From Amoebophrya sp. A120 (lineage: Eukaryota > Protista > Dinoflagellata), in the NCBI GenBank assembly GCA_905178155.1, contig CAJINV010000007.1, positions 1,310,627 to 1,374,626 of the forward strand: a DNA stretch of 64,000 nt, in the 5' to 3' direction. Both the position numbers and the translations under genes were made by a program. The notes under the pieces are model-generated. The model made no database searches. It was given only the letters and a program-made list of their open reading frames with translations, and was not told where the DNA came from. Below are positions 25,945-37,704 of the stretch, in pieces; position 1 is the first letter of the stretch, and each line of letters begins with the position of its first letter.

Positions 25945-27555
25945 CGCTTGGTAGTCTGAGAACGGGAGGGATCAACAAACCCAGAAATTGCTCGGAAAGT
26001 TTCATGATCTGGAACGTCGTTGAACGTCTGTCTTTCTTCAATTTCAATCAATTACAAGCCAATACTTCATTTTCAATCAATTACAAGCCAGTTTTTATCT
26101 AATGACTTCAGGGTTTGATATCGCTAAGAACTTACTAGGAACTGCAGGCGCACGGTCGGAGTGAAGACACGTTGTGCCTGCTCAGTTCTTGTCCTGCGGC
26201 TCTCCAGGGTCGCAAAACAAAATTGAACTTTTCTCGCTTTTCCATGCCACTGCGTGTGACATCAGGACTGGGTGATGTAGTTTTCATGCAATTGCTCTCG
26301 TGGTTGTGGTTCCACTTCTTTGCAGCTAGGAGTAATCCAAGTAGAACTCCCGAGATCTTCAAATTCGAAAGCCTCGAAGGGATGAAAAATACGTATTGAG
26401 GACACGTAAATCCAACGTAGTGGTAGTCGTTCTGTAACTCCCGGGCATTATTAGAGCACCACGTGAGCAAGAGCAGGCTCCCGCCAAATAGTAGACTTGA
26501 AACTTCGTCCGATTTCTCTACCGCTGTGACCACGTGGTCATCTGGTCCTGTAGGTCTATCCGCGCATGGCAGCACAGTGCGTTTTTACACGCCGAAAAAT
26601 TAAAGCAGCGGAAGAAGGATTTTTATCGGAAGTAGAGGAGGCTTCGATTTCAATTCCATCGCTGTGTTATCAATTATCGACATTTTTCTCTTGTATCTAT
26701 CCCTTTGTTTGGATTGGAGCCGAGGAAAAGACTCTATGAACCAAAAAATGCACGAAGCAGCTCAGGTATTTTGTGAGCTGTGGAACGAAAATCAATGGTG
26801 AAAATGTGGAAAAATAAAGTCATCAGCCTCTAGTATGACGTCGCTGTTGTATTTGTTGTGAAATACTGTTTGAACTTATCAATTGTATGATAACGGGAAA
26901 CTTTTTTCGGCATTATCGCAAACTACAGCGAGTTTGTTAATAATCCTGTTCCGCAACAGGCGAAGAGAGTCCTCTTGGTGTTCTGGCTTCAGGCGTTTGA
27001 ATCGCAAAAATAATGGCAATCGGTCAAGGTAGTTCATCTCCGCATAGTCGGTCGTTCGGTCGTGTGCAATTATAAAACTTCTTCGGATGCTTCTATGTGC
27101 AAACTGGCTGCAAAAATGCAGGTTCGGTCGAAACAATGTAGATTTCGTGCAAGTTAGTAGAAGAGCTGCAACACATTCCTTCGGTTCGTACAGGATGAAT
27201 ATCAACTCGCGTTTGTCGTTCTTTTCGTCCAGATTTATGCTCCGCGGAGCAGCAGTAGCTTCGTGCAGGCAATAGAATACAGTTGTGTGATGCATCAGGT
27301 TTGGTACTATAATCTGCTTCTCGTCGCATGGTAAAGTATAGGTAAAAATTTCTACAACCAGGATTTTGTTGTATTACTTGAAACCCAATAATGCCCCCTG
27401 CTTGATCTTGTGGTCCCACATTATGTGATCCCGCAGTTGTCAGCAATCCATTATCTCTTTTGTCCCACCCGTGTTTATTGTGTGTCACCCACCTCATTGT
27501 TTCGCTACTTCATTTCGAATTGATATTGACCATAAAAAAAAGTACAACGCCCACC

Positions 27556-30500
27556 ATGGCTATACTAGCTTCACAGAACGTTCTCCGCACCTCCGGCCGC
27601 TCCTCCCGGCGGCAGAAGAAGGGGATATCCGTGATGACGGCGGTTTTTGGGTCGGTTGTCTTTCTCCTCCTCGACACACAACTCTTCCCTTACTTGTTCG
27701 GCGACCAGCACGTCCCCCTGACGGCAGATTTTTATATCAAAAAAAATAACTCTCGTCGGGAACAAAAGATGCGAACCATTTATTTGAACGAGAATTCAGT
27801 TACGAATCCTATACCGCAGACGGGGGAGCTGCTGGTCGAAGAGCACCACACGGCAAGAACCAGTACATCGCCCGGAAGTAGCTCTACAACAGCGGCAGAT
27901 GTTAAAAATGATGTCAAAGAGCAGGTGTTGGGAGCACAGCAGGAGTACAACGATGATATTAACGCCAATTCTGGCGCTCCGTCCTTGTTCAACATCGCGT
28001 CTTCATTCGGTAAAAATGGTAAAAATGCTGCTATCACTCTGGAGGAAGAGGAGCTCGAGGTTTCCGGGAACGTGTACGTGTTAGAGATCGCCGTGGTCAT
28101 CATTCTCTCGCTGCTCTTCGAGTACTGCGAGGACATGCTCCGCGAGAACCTGGCGAGGAAGGAAAAGGAAGTGGCGCTGGATATTTTGGACTCCTGTTTC
28201 GGAGAATTGACCGTGCTGGGCTTCATCGGTATTGAAGGTTTTCGCACGACCAAAAACTAGAAGAGGCTCCTTAAAATCATGTTGTATATCGACCTGTAAG
28301 GTGAAATATCTCAAAAATATTGTGGTTTTTGCAAACGCAAGCTCCGCGTGGATGACCACGTCGTCGAGATTGATGTGAACGTGAAATACTACTCGCTTTT
28401 CAAAACTGTCAATGTCATATACGTACTATCATCCCAGGTCTCGCCGTGTTTATTTCCACGAAAACGGGGGCTGCGACGAGATTAGCGGAGCGGCTAGTGC
28501 CCGGCTACGACGGCGAGGGGGAAAACCCACTGTCCGAGTCCTTTGAGAATGTGCACATGTGCATCTTCTGCGTGATGATGGTATTCATGTTCCAGGCGGC
28601 CACGTTGATGTACATCGCGGAAGACTTGGACCGGGTGTGGGACCGATGGGAGTCCATGTCGCCCAAGGGCCGGTCGAATTCTATCGAGGCGGTGCTGAAA
28701 CGCGCGGGGTACGTGGACCGCGACGGGAACCGGGTGCAGTCGTTTAGCCCGGGCACTTTCCGCGAACGCATGTGGCACCAGAAAAGCCACAAAATGGTAT
28801 AGATGCTTGGAATTTGCACTTCGTATGAACCCATGAGTTTAATATTACGCTGTGATGTACTTGTACTACTAGTCGTGTATGTGCAGTCGTGAAGTAGATT
28901 TGATGAAGATGCCTTTGACAAGAACACCGTAGATACCAATTTGTTTCATCTACCACGACAATTTCTTCACGACAGATGGTTTTGTGGCACGGGCTCCGGC
29001 ATTTGTTTTGCTATCCGGTGGCGATCGACGAGGACGAAAATCATTTGTCCGACATTGTGGAGGTCAAGGACCCGGCCTCCTTCGATTTCCGGATGTATTT
29101 GTCCAGCAAGATGGGCCAGCTTTTGACGGATCTCGTGGAGGTCGACAACCGCACGTGGCTCTTCGCGCTGGTGGTCGTGGTGCCGTTTGTGTCCGTCGCG
29201 ACCACGGTCTCCCCGGTCGTCATTATGGTGATGCAAACCGTCATGGGGCTGATCTTCTCCTGTACGATGAATTATATGATTGTTGTTTATAATGAAAAGT
29301 AAAAACTTGTGTGCGGCCACTCGATTGGTGGGGGGGATGGGCGGGTTTACGTTTAATAGAGGAACTATCTATTGCACAAAATCAAAATGAACTTGTTGCG
29401 TCGGAACCGGAAGTTGTTGGTTTTTTTGGATTGCGGCTGCTCAGTCTTTTCTACTAGTGGTACTCAATGAAAAGCATGATGAAGATGTACTTCATGTACG
29501 TTGGCTTCGATTTTTAATCCAAAACCAAAACAGGTATTTTCGCGTGGCTGCTTTCCGACCTAACGCGTGTGGAGTACAACCTGTGCCCGCAGCTGGGCGC
29601 GGACGCGCCGGAGTGGCTGGAGTACATGGCGGAGAAGGAGTTCAACACGATGAACAACGCAGACAAGATATCCTGAGTAAAAACGTCCCCACGACCCCAG
29701 AGTTGTCAAGATGGGGACTTCGCAACACAAACCTAGAAGTTCAGAGAGTCACGCATGACAAGTCGCACTGCTTAGTGTAGTAGTGTCAAGCGGCAATCTG
29801 CGGCCATGGTGCAATGGGGGGGAAAAGTGTGTCGCATTTTGTTTAGCATGACCAGTCCGGTCGTGTGGGGACGCTTTTACTCAGGATACAAGAAGGGTCG
29901 CAAAATCGTCGCGATGGGCGTCACCCGCGAGTCCCAGGCGCCGGGGGCAGAGCACATGGCGAAGGGGGGACTGCTGAACGGGGACGGCATGAGCGCCGAG
30001 TTGCGGGAGCGGTTGCTTTTCAAAGAGTCCACCACGCTTGCGAGCCTGATGGCGCCGGTGCACTTCCGGATCCTGGAGCGGCGGTCCGAGCTGGAAAAGA
30101 AGCAGATGGAGAGCAGCAGCAAGGACGAGTACTTGGAGAAGGTCGCGGAAGAGATGGGGGAGAACAAGCGTCCGCTGCACGTCCGGCTGCTCGGCGGCAA
30201 GGAGGACTACATTCCGCACGAGCACTATCCAAGAAAAAAACTGTGTTATTGTAACTTTCTTTGGCTGGTGACAGCATCGCAAATTTAGATTTTCTCTACG
30301 TGACAGAGAAAACCTGTCATGCGTGGCCCTTCTTGTAAGAGAAAACACACATGAAGAGAAGACTTCATGGCTGTCTGGCATGACAGGCGTAACTCTGTTG
30401 CATGTTCTGCATTTTTACAGAGTTCCACTCACAGAGTTTTTTTCTTGCATAAGCACGACCGGCTGTTCCACTTCCACGAGTTCGGGGTCGGGGTGTGCAA

Positions 30501-33500
30501 CCAGATCATGCGTACCATGATGTTCATGGAGGCAATCCTCGTCGCGTCGCTACTGGTGGTCCTGGTCGTCTTCCCCAAAGGCCCGGTCGGGTGGGGCTTG
30601 TTCATCTTCTCCATGCTCCAGTGGCCGTTTCAGTTGTTGGTGTTGCTACCGAAGATCATCACGAAGTTATCGCGAGGAAAATTGCCCCCTCCCCCAAGGT
30701 TGCAAAAAGTTGTGATGCGAAGTTTCCAAATGAAAAACTTTGCATGAAAGGAGTATGGATCTTTCTGATGCAGAGGCTAGGCGTGTTGCGCATCGCTTGC
30801 ATGACAAACGCCGCTCTTGCTGGGATCTTTTGCAATACAAATTTCCGCTATTCACGATCGAAAATCAGCACGCTGATTGATGCAAGAGGGCGAGTGTTTC
30901 ACTTGGAAAGGTTTGCAATACAAATGCTTTCAAGTTCGGGGGTCGGGGCATTTTTCATTGTAATAGAAGTACTGCATCGTGTCCTCCATCGAGTGCTACA
31001 AGGACCACGAGCTGATCAACAAGGTCACGTTATCCGTGAAGGAGCGCCGCCTCCGGGAGGCGGTGTCCCTGATGCAGATGGTGAAGCTGCGCGGCCGCAT
31101 CGAGCGGCTGGGCGGGCACCGGTTGTCCAAGCAGAAATTCGACGAGCTGTCCGAGAAATTCGACCACTTTTCCGAGGACAAGCTATTACAGTGCACAACT
31201 CCCCCTCGTTCTCATTTCTCATGCAAAACACCAACTCCACGCTTTCCCTCCTGTCACTATTATTTTTGGTAGCCCAAATCGCACTATGCCCCAGTGCAAT
31301 TTGACATGATGATACGTTTGCTGCCTTATGCTGTGCTCCTTTTCTTTGGCGCTAGCAAGGCAATAAGATTTCATTCTCATGTCTGATCGGCAAGATACTC
31401 TTCATCTTTTTAAATATTTTTAAGTGCTAAAACATGATATTTGTTGGGTGCCTCGCTTTCTTCTGCGCCTTTTTCCGCTGGGGCTCGCTTTCTTCTGCGC
31501 CTTTTTCCGCTGGGGCTCGCTTTCCCGCTGGGGCTCGCTAAAACATGATATTTCCGTCTTCGGGTGCCTCGCTTTCTTCTGCGCCTTTTTCCGCTGGGGC
31601 TCATCTTTGCATGACATCGGAGAATATCTCAATATAGAAACAGGGCTAGTAGAAATAAGTAAAAGTAAAAATTTTATTGGTTTACGTAACCGGGGGGCGG
31701 CTTGATGTCTGCGGCGGATGATGACAGTGTGCACACTCCTACAAGTATATGGCTGCCGGGCTGCTTCCCGGTCGGTCTAGTACAAATAAACATTTCGCCA
31801 CTGATCCGCTAAACACCTTGCTGCCAGCCCCGCCCGCTCGGGGGTTAATTATCTCTAGACAGGGCACCAGCTGCGGTTGTCCTTTAGGGCGTTCGAGTCT
31901 AGATAAAAAACTACCATGCGTAAATCTTCAATTTTGCATGGGCTCTTGGTGGCTGCTTCCACCGCGGGAGAGTATAAAAACGCAAAACATAAGTCATTGA
32001 CCACTGGGTCGCTGTGACGCCGTGCCTGCACGCACCATCAGAAGTGCGACGAGGTGCCAATCGTGTTGATGCACGCACCATCAGAAGTGCGTTGATGCGC
32101 GAGGGTCGTGAATGAATGAATGAATTTGTAAGCTTATCGGCCGTTGTGCCATCGGGACTTCCTGCCCGCTGACCACCAATGTCATGCAAAACCGGCATTC
32201 GGGCTGATCCTGATGCTTGTATTGCTGTTCATGCTATACAAATGAGGGGGAGGGGGAGTTGTGCACTGTTATACAAGCAGCGCCACATCGAGAAGGCCTT
32301 CGTCCACATGGATTTCGACCACTCCGGGCAGATCGGGGTCGAGGAGCTGGAGAAGTTGATGTCCTCGATGAACATTCTAGCCAATTCCGACGTGCACAAA
32401 AACGCGAAGCAGCTGGTGCACATGGTCGACATGGACAAGGACGGCATGGTCGATTTGACCGAGTTCAAGGTCCTGATGGCCCTCGCGTACGAGAAGCAGG
32501 ACCCGATGGAGGAAATCCAGGACTTCGACAAATTTTTCGACCTCATCGACGTGGACATGGACGAGGCGCTCGCGTTCCAGGAACTCGCGCAGTTCTGCCG
32601 CGACAACTTCGCCATCCCGATGAACAACGCCGACATCGGGGAGCTGGTGTACCGCTGCTTCCGCACGGTGAAGGCGGAGTTGACCCGGGACGATTTTATC
32701 GTTTGGATGCGGTGGCTGCAGGACTGCGAGAAGGGGCAGATGAGCGAGGACGCGATGCGGGTGGATCGCGGGTTCGGTTTACTGTGAGGAAAAATCCCCC
32801 CTCCCCATATTCAAAAGGTAGGTTTCTAAAAATTTGCGATGCGGGTTTGCGACCACAAATCCTGTCTCTGTTGCAAGAAGGCAAATTGAAAGAACCCGCC
32901 GCCTTATGGAGGCGATTTGTAGTGCTGTTTCACCTACATGGCAGGCCTCTGTCATGCTGAGCGCCTACAGCAAAACACCTCTACGCAGGCTGGGGCTTTG
33001 CCTCTAGTGCTTCACTGCAAGACAGGGCTGATTTCTGTACACAAATCCAGCAACAGAAGTTTCCGTTTCAATATGGGGAGGGGGGATTTTTCACTTTGAT
33101 ACGGTTCCGGCTCCGATCTGGACACGCCGGACGAAAACGTGGACCAGTCCGCCAAGGGGTTCGACCACGGCATCCAAGCGCCACTGCACGGCCACCACAA
33201 GAGCAGCGACTTCGACGCGGACGGCGTGCGCACCTCGAAGCACCGCGACGACCCGCGCGAAGCGTCGACGGACGAAGATATCCTGGAGGAAGATGCTGAC
33301 GAAACGCAAAGGCGAAGAACAAGTAACTCCTTCTTCTGGCGCAGCAGCGATGCGCCTGTGGTGGGAACAGGCGAGAACGCGCCCGCGTCGAAATCGCACC
33401 GGAAGTCAACGAGGTTGAACAAGCGGGAAAGTGTGGGTAATGGCGCGGCGGTGAACATCAATGATGCTGTCGTTGTTCCAGTGGCGCGAGGGGGCGCAAG

Positions 33501-34011
33501 TCAACAAACTCCTTCATCTACTGGAAAGAAGCGTCAGTCCCAGCACCGTTCCAGTGGCTTTTACTCGATCGATAACAAGCCGGTGTACATGACAAATGAG
33601 TCTAATCAGATGGTCTCCATGCTGACGCAGAATTCCGTGGAACCGGTCCGGCTGGAAATGAGCACAGCACCTGCAACAAATAATGCTGACAGCACGACGA
33701 TGTTGAAAAACTCGTCAAAGACTGTGCCTTTACTTGCGAATCAGCAACAGACTGTAGTTGTGGACGAGCAGGAGGCCACTTGTGCGAACAACAAACCGCC
33801 GAAGAGGCGAGAGAGCACCAGTCGGCGGTTGAGCACGAAAGCGAATACCGCGAACTCGCCTGCTATGCTGGCGCGCGGGGACACTCAGCAAGGCTTGCCG
33901 GTACCGCCTTCTTGGCAGAGGGAACAGGAGATGCAGGCGGAAAAAAAGGCGCGCTTGTTGCTGATGGGAAAGTCGGAAGTCCCGGGGAACCTGGAAGGCG
34001 AGTTTGTGTGA
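27556..34011 (+). CDS. MLO-like multi-pass membrane protein with C-terminal EF-hands
   Basis: MLO-like blocks ELTVLGFIGL, ENVHMCIF...WDRWE, FDFRMYL...LVEVDNRTW, DRLFHF. EF-hands DFDHSGQIGVEE, DMDKDGMVDLTEF, DVDMDEALAFQE. Three GT-AG introns plus five introners. Confidence 0.8.
29669..29888. mobile_element. Introner, family A (short variant)
   Basis: Family A TIR; TSD caaga. Confidence 0.92.
30226..30451. mobile_element. Introner, family D
   Basis: TATCCAAGAAAAAAACTGTGT...ACAGAGTTTTTTTCTTGCATA; TSD agcac. Confidence 0.92.
30668..30965. mobile_element. Introner, C-like
   Basis: TATCGCGAGGAAAATTGCCCC...GGGGCATTTTTCATTGTAATA; TSD gaagt. Confidence 0.88.
31184..32273. mobile_element. Long introner, family E (1.09 kb)
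   Basis: TIR TATWACAGTGCACAACTCCCCCTC; TSD caagc; join EDK|QRHIEKAF. Confidence 0.92.
31420..31605 (+). repeat. Minisatellite inside the family E introner
   Basis: ctcgctttcttctgcgcctttttccgctgggg about 3 copies; gctaaaacatgatattt 2 copies. Confidence 0.85.
32780..33101. mobile_element. Introner, family C (opposite orientation to 22030)
   Basis: TACTGTGAGGAAAAATCCCCCCTCCCCATAT...GGGGGATTTTTCACTTTGATA; TSD cggtt. Confidence 0.92.
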
Positions 34012-34759
34012 TTTTTCGGATCATCGATTGGTGCTGCTGTCCTCTTAGGTGCGAGAAGATGCCCGTAGCTGCACCATGCTAGAAGTAGCATTCCCTTTGT
34101 GTATAGATTCATTGTTCCACCCCAAATGTTGGTATGTACCGCTATGAAGAACTACCCAAAGAAATCTTTCAATATTGGTGTACTATTTTAGCCGTAACCA
34201 AAGCCATACATAGATAAATCCAATTATGTCCTACTTACTACCCACGTTGTTGTCACACGTAAATGATTCATTTCAACAAGAATTCTAGTCACGTTTCGGT
34301 TTCTGTATCGAAGAAATTAATACACAGATTTCTTCCATATTAGGAACAAACGGCTTATAATTTCTTTTGCAATGACCCCGGACGTACGAGTGACCCCCAA
34401 TCGCTGTAGAAGCTGCACTGGACCACTGCGATGTGAGTGGGAAGGTGATCCGAATCGATGCTGTGCTAGAGGCTCGTGTCGCAGCAACATCAAGTTTCGC
34501 ACTCACAGAAGAAGCTGATTGAACACTTATCAATATGGTCGGAGTACTAGATCCAACAAAAGTACTAGAACATGCTTCCCGCTGAACCTGGATGGTTGCT
34601 GTTGCAAATGCTAACAGTAACTACAGTAACTTTCAATACGCATACGGTGGTCCGCCGGTCTCGGTTGTCAAAAAAAAAATTTGCAGTTATAATATTTGCT
34701 TGCTAGTTGTGGTCCATTGATCTTCTGGTAACCAAATGCGTCCGCGCGCGGCTCCCCAA

Positions 34760-35200
34760 TTGCCGAAACAAATCCGATCGGTTCTTCAATATCGGTGTAC
34801 TTAATCAGCCTGGTGAGAAGGTGAAACGTGAAATGAGGATCTTAGCTCTATTCGCCCGATGTGCAGTTCTTCAGTTTAATCAAGGATCCCCAGGAGCATC
34901 AAAGTTGTGCTTTCCAGTATAAAACAAGGAAGATATCGGTAAGCGTAAAAAACTTCTTCACGCGACGACCTCATGCAAGGATCCTCGGAAACGGAAATGA
35001 ATTCGATCACCGATAGATCTGCACGAGTAAACGCAAAGTGTTTATCACCGGTCGGCCAAGCATCAAGGCACATCGATATAGAACAAGCAGCATTCATCTC
35101 CATCAGGAACGAGTGGCAGCATTGATTTGGAAATCAGGTTCTTAATCCTTAAGTTTTAGAAGAAATAATCCTTCCTACTAGCCTTACATTTGTACTGCTG
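34760..35200 (+). repeat. Diverged ~450-bp non-coding direct repeat, copy 1
   Basis: Aligns by eye with 39211-39680 (e.g. gagaaggtgaaacgtgaa.tgaggatcttagctctattc). Confidence 0.85.
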
Positions 35201-35402
35201 GGCCTCGTGTCTTGCTGTATTAGGAGCGAATCAGTTCGAACACAAAGAGTATTCTTACAAATTTTCTGGCCTGGTACGCTCGACCGAACTCAGGTATCAA
35301 AAAAAGCAAGACTTGCTTCCGCCAGCGGAAAATCATACCAACTCAAGCTCTGAAGTCATTGGCAATTTTTATATCTGCGCCTGCAGTGGAAGCGAAGTCG
35401 AA

Positions 35403-36257
35403 ATGTTGCTGGTTACGACGAAGACTCACCTGCCGCGCGGGGTCATGCTGACAGCCCTGGCCGTCGTGGGGGCCGCGTATTTTGCGCCCGGCCTTGTGGA
35501 CGGTGTCGGCTTACGTCCGGCCTTGCGGACGTTCAGCACAGAAGATTCGCATGAGATCCTCGTACTCGTTGGACTTGGGGACAAGACAGAGACGTTGCCC
35601 GGGAACACCAGCGCTGCCGAGGCGGCGCAAAAGCTGCATGACATGGCTGCGGGGCTAGCGCTAGTACCAGCAAACGATGCAATTACCTACGGCCTTACAA
35701 CGGTGACGGTTGATAGTCTATTGCAGGACCCTGATCGCACGGTGGGCACTATCCTCCCAACCGGTACTGCGATGATTCGCTTGCTTCCTGGGGGCCCGCT
35801 CTTGTTCGAGGAGATGCCTGCCAATGGTCTCTGGAAGCCCGCTGAAGTGCGGCAAGAGGGCACTTGGGCGGTGCCGTCTGACAAAGAATCTGAAGTTGAA
35901 TTTATTATTCGCACGGTTTTGGGAATCAGCACAGACGACTTGATTAAGGATCGGTACGCCGCCGCAGCTAGAAAAAAATACAACCTGTCGGGACCTAAAC
36001 TCGACCTGTATCTGATGCAGCTGCGCACACAAGCGCAAGCCCATCTTGAGAAGGCTCTTCCGACCATCGAGAAGCAGGAGGAGGAAGACCCAAAGCGCAA
36101 GTTGGACCACCAACGCAAGCTGGTCGAGTTGATCTTTGCGTGGCGGAATTTGAACGGGTCCAAGGGCTGGGAGGGAGATTCAGAGTTCGACAAAGATAAC
36201 AGGCTGATTCAGATTGCCGTCGAATCGATAATGTTCCTTTTCGATGATTATATGTAG
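35403..36257 (+). CDS. Intronless hypothetical protein with N-terminal hydrophobic (signal-like) segment
   Basis: ORF from ATG 35403; hydrophobic VMLTALAVVGAAYFAPG; coding-like composition. Confidence 0.65.
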   Translation: MLLVTTKTHLPRGVMLTALAVVGAAYFAPGLVDGVGLRPALRTFSTEDSHEILVLVGLGDKTETLPGNTSAAEAAQKLHDMAAGLALVPANDAITYGLTTVTVDSLLQDPDRTVGTILPTGTAMIRLLPGGPLLFEEMPANGLWKPAEVRQEGTWAVPSDKESEVEFIIRTVLGISTDDLIKDRYAAAARKKYNLSGPKLDLYLMQLRTQAQAHLEKALPTIEKQEEEDPKRKLDHQRKLVELIFAWRNLNGSKGWEGDSEFDKDNRLIQIAVESIMFLFDDYM

Positions 36258-36720
36258 TGAGGTCACCGAACGGTTCTAACCAGGGAGTTTCTTTGCCACC
36301 TCCCGTGAAAAACGACCGGCAGTTTTGAAGCCTGTAGAGAGTTTTTTTGCATGAAAAAGATTCCAGCGTGCAAGCCTGTTTGGCTTTGTCGGCACCGAAT
36401 CGCAAGCGGATTCTATCGGTCGCCGCTTGAAAAAACGACGCAGGGGAGCCGGCAAAAGGGGCGCCCTTCGGAGGCGCCCACCGCCTTGGTTTCTGGCGAT
36501 TTGGGGCGCCCAAAAGGGCGCCCGAAAAAAACGCGCCCAAAATCAGAACAGCGAAACAGCATGACACGGCCGCGATTTCGGAGCATTTTGGGCGGCCGCG
36601 AAAGCGGCCGCCTTTTCGCCGGTTTCAGAGCCTGGGAAGCTTTGCAAAAAGCGCGGGCGAGAAAAATAAAAACGCAAAAAAGAAAAAGCGCGCCAGACGC
36701 GCAAAGCCAACCCGCATGCT

Positions 36721-37704
36721 ATGGGCCCGATTTTTCCTCGCTTTTTGGGCGCCCCCTGTGGCGCCCGGATTGGCCTCATAGCATGGGGGCTGGCTTTCGG
36801 AAAGGAATTTCAAAAATTTGCCAAGATTTGCGACGCTTATCAGACGGCCGCCATACCGTGGGGCCTAACTTTACCCACGCCGGTATGGCGAGCCCAGAAA
36901 AAGCAAAGCCGCGGCCAAGGCGACGGCCGGCAAGAAAACGCCCACGACCTCACTATCTCCGCCCCGGCGGCTATATTTGGTACTACCCGTGACACGAATA
37001 TGTGGGGACCACTGGCGTTCAGTTATTTGTGTACGTACTACGGCTTGGTGACTGGGGAGTTTCGAGACGCTCTAAAGCGGGCCTGGAAAACACCGGTGGG
37101 GACTTTGGCTTTTCCTCCGACGGAGATTCGGCGCGACATAGCAGAACGGGCTTCCGAGGCGCTGCTTATGCTCCGTGTTGATGACGCGGGTCGCGTCGCG
37201 TGTCATGGGGTCGAGGCGAACAAGGACTCCAGTGATCGTGTTTGGAAAGACCTGCGGAGAGCGAGATTCTGGGAAGCGGCGACAGCAAGCCATCTAGAGG
37301 ATATAGAAGCTTTGTTGTCGTCGGGCGTCGATGGTAGGGGGCCCGTACGCTTTTTTAATCGGAAGGGGAGGCTAGCGGAGATCACAGCGAGTCGGGTGCA
37401 AAACGAGCGCAACGAGCCCGCGGGCAATTACCTATGTCGCAGAGATGGGGGAGGTGGACGCAGGGAAGTGCCCCGGACTCTAGTGCCCATGTCTCAGGCC
37501 GACCTTCGCCTTGGGTTCGAGGGGCTGAAGAGCGCTCTGGCCGAGACGGTGGAGGATATCAACAAGACAGTGGACAACCGTTTGAGAAGGCTGAACGTCG
37601 CGCAGAGCAGCAGTGTTGCCGGGCCGGTGCCGGGGATGACGGGTGGGCAGAGGCGCCCCGCCACTTCGGGGCGCTGCAGGCTATCGTCATGCAAAATCTC
37701 CTAA
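36721..37704 (+). CDS. Hypothetical ORF in a GC-rich segment, possibly mobile-element derived
   Basis: 327-codon ORF with no motif I recognise. Confidence 0.3.
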   Translation: MGPIFPRFLGAPCGARIGLIAWGLAFGKEFQKFAKICDAYQTAAIPWGLTLPTPVWRAQKKQSRGQGDGRQENAHDLTISAPAAIFGTTRDTNMWGPLAFSYLCTYYGLVTGEFRDALKRAWKTPVGTLAFPPTEIRRDIAERASEALLMLRVDDAGRVACHGVEANKDSSDRVWKDLRRARFWEAATASHLEDIEALLSSGVDGRGPVRFFNRKGRLAEITASRVQNERNEPAGNYLCRRDGGGGRREVPRTLVPMSQADLRLGFEGLKSALAETVEDINKTVDNRLRRLNVAQSSSVAGPVPGMTGGQRRPATSGRCRLSSCKIS

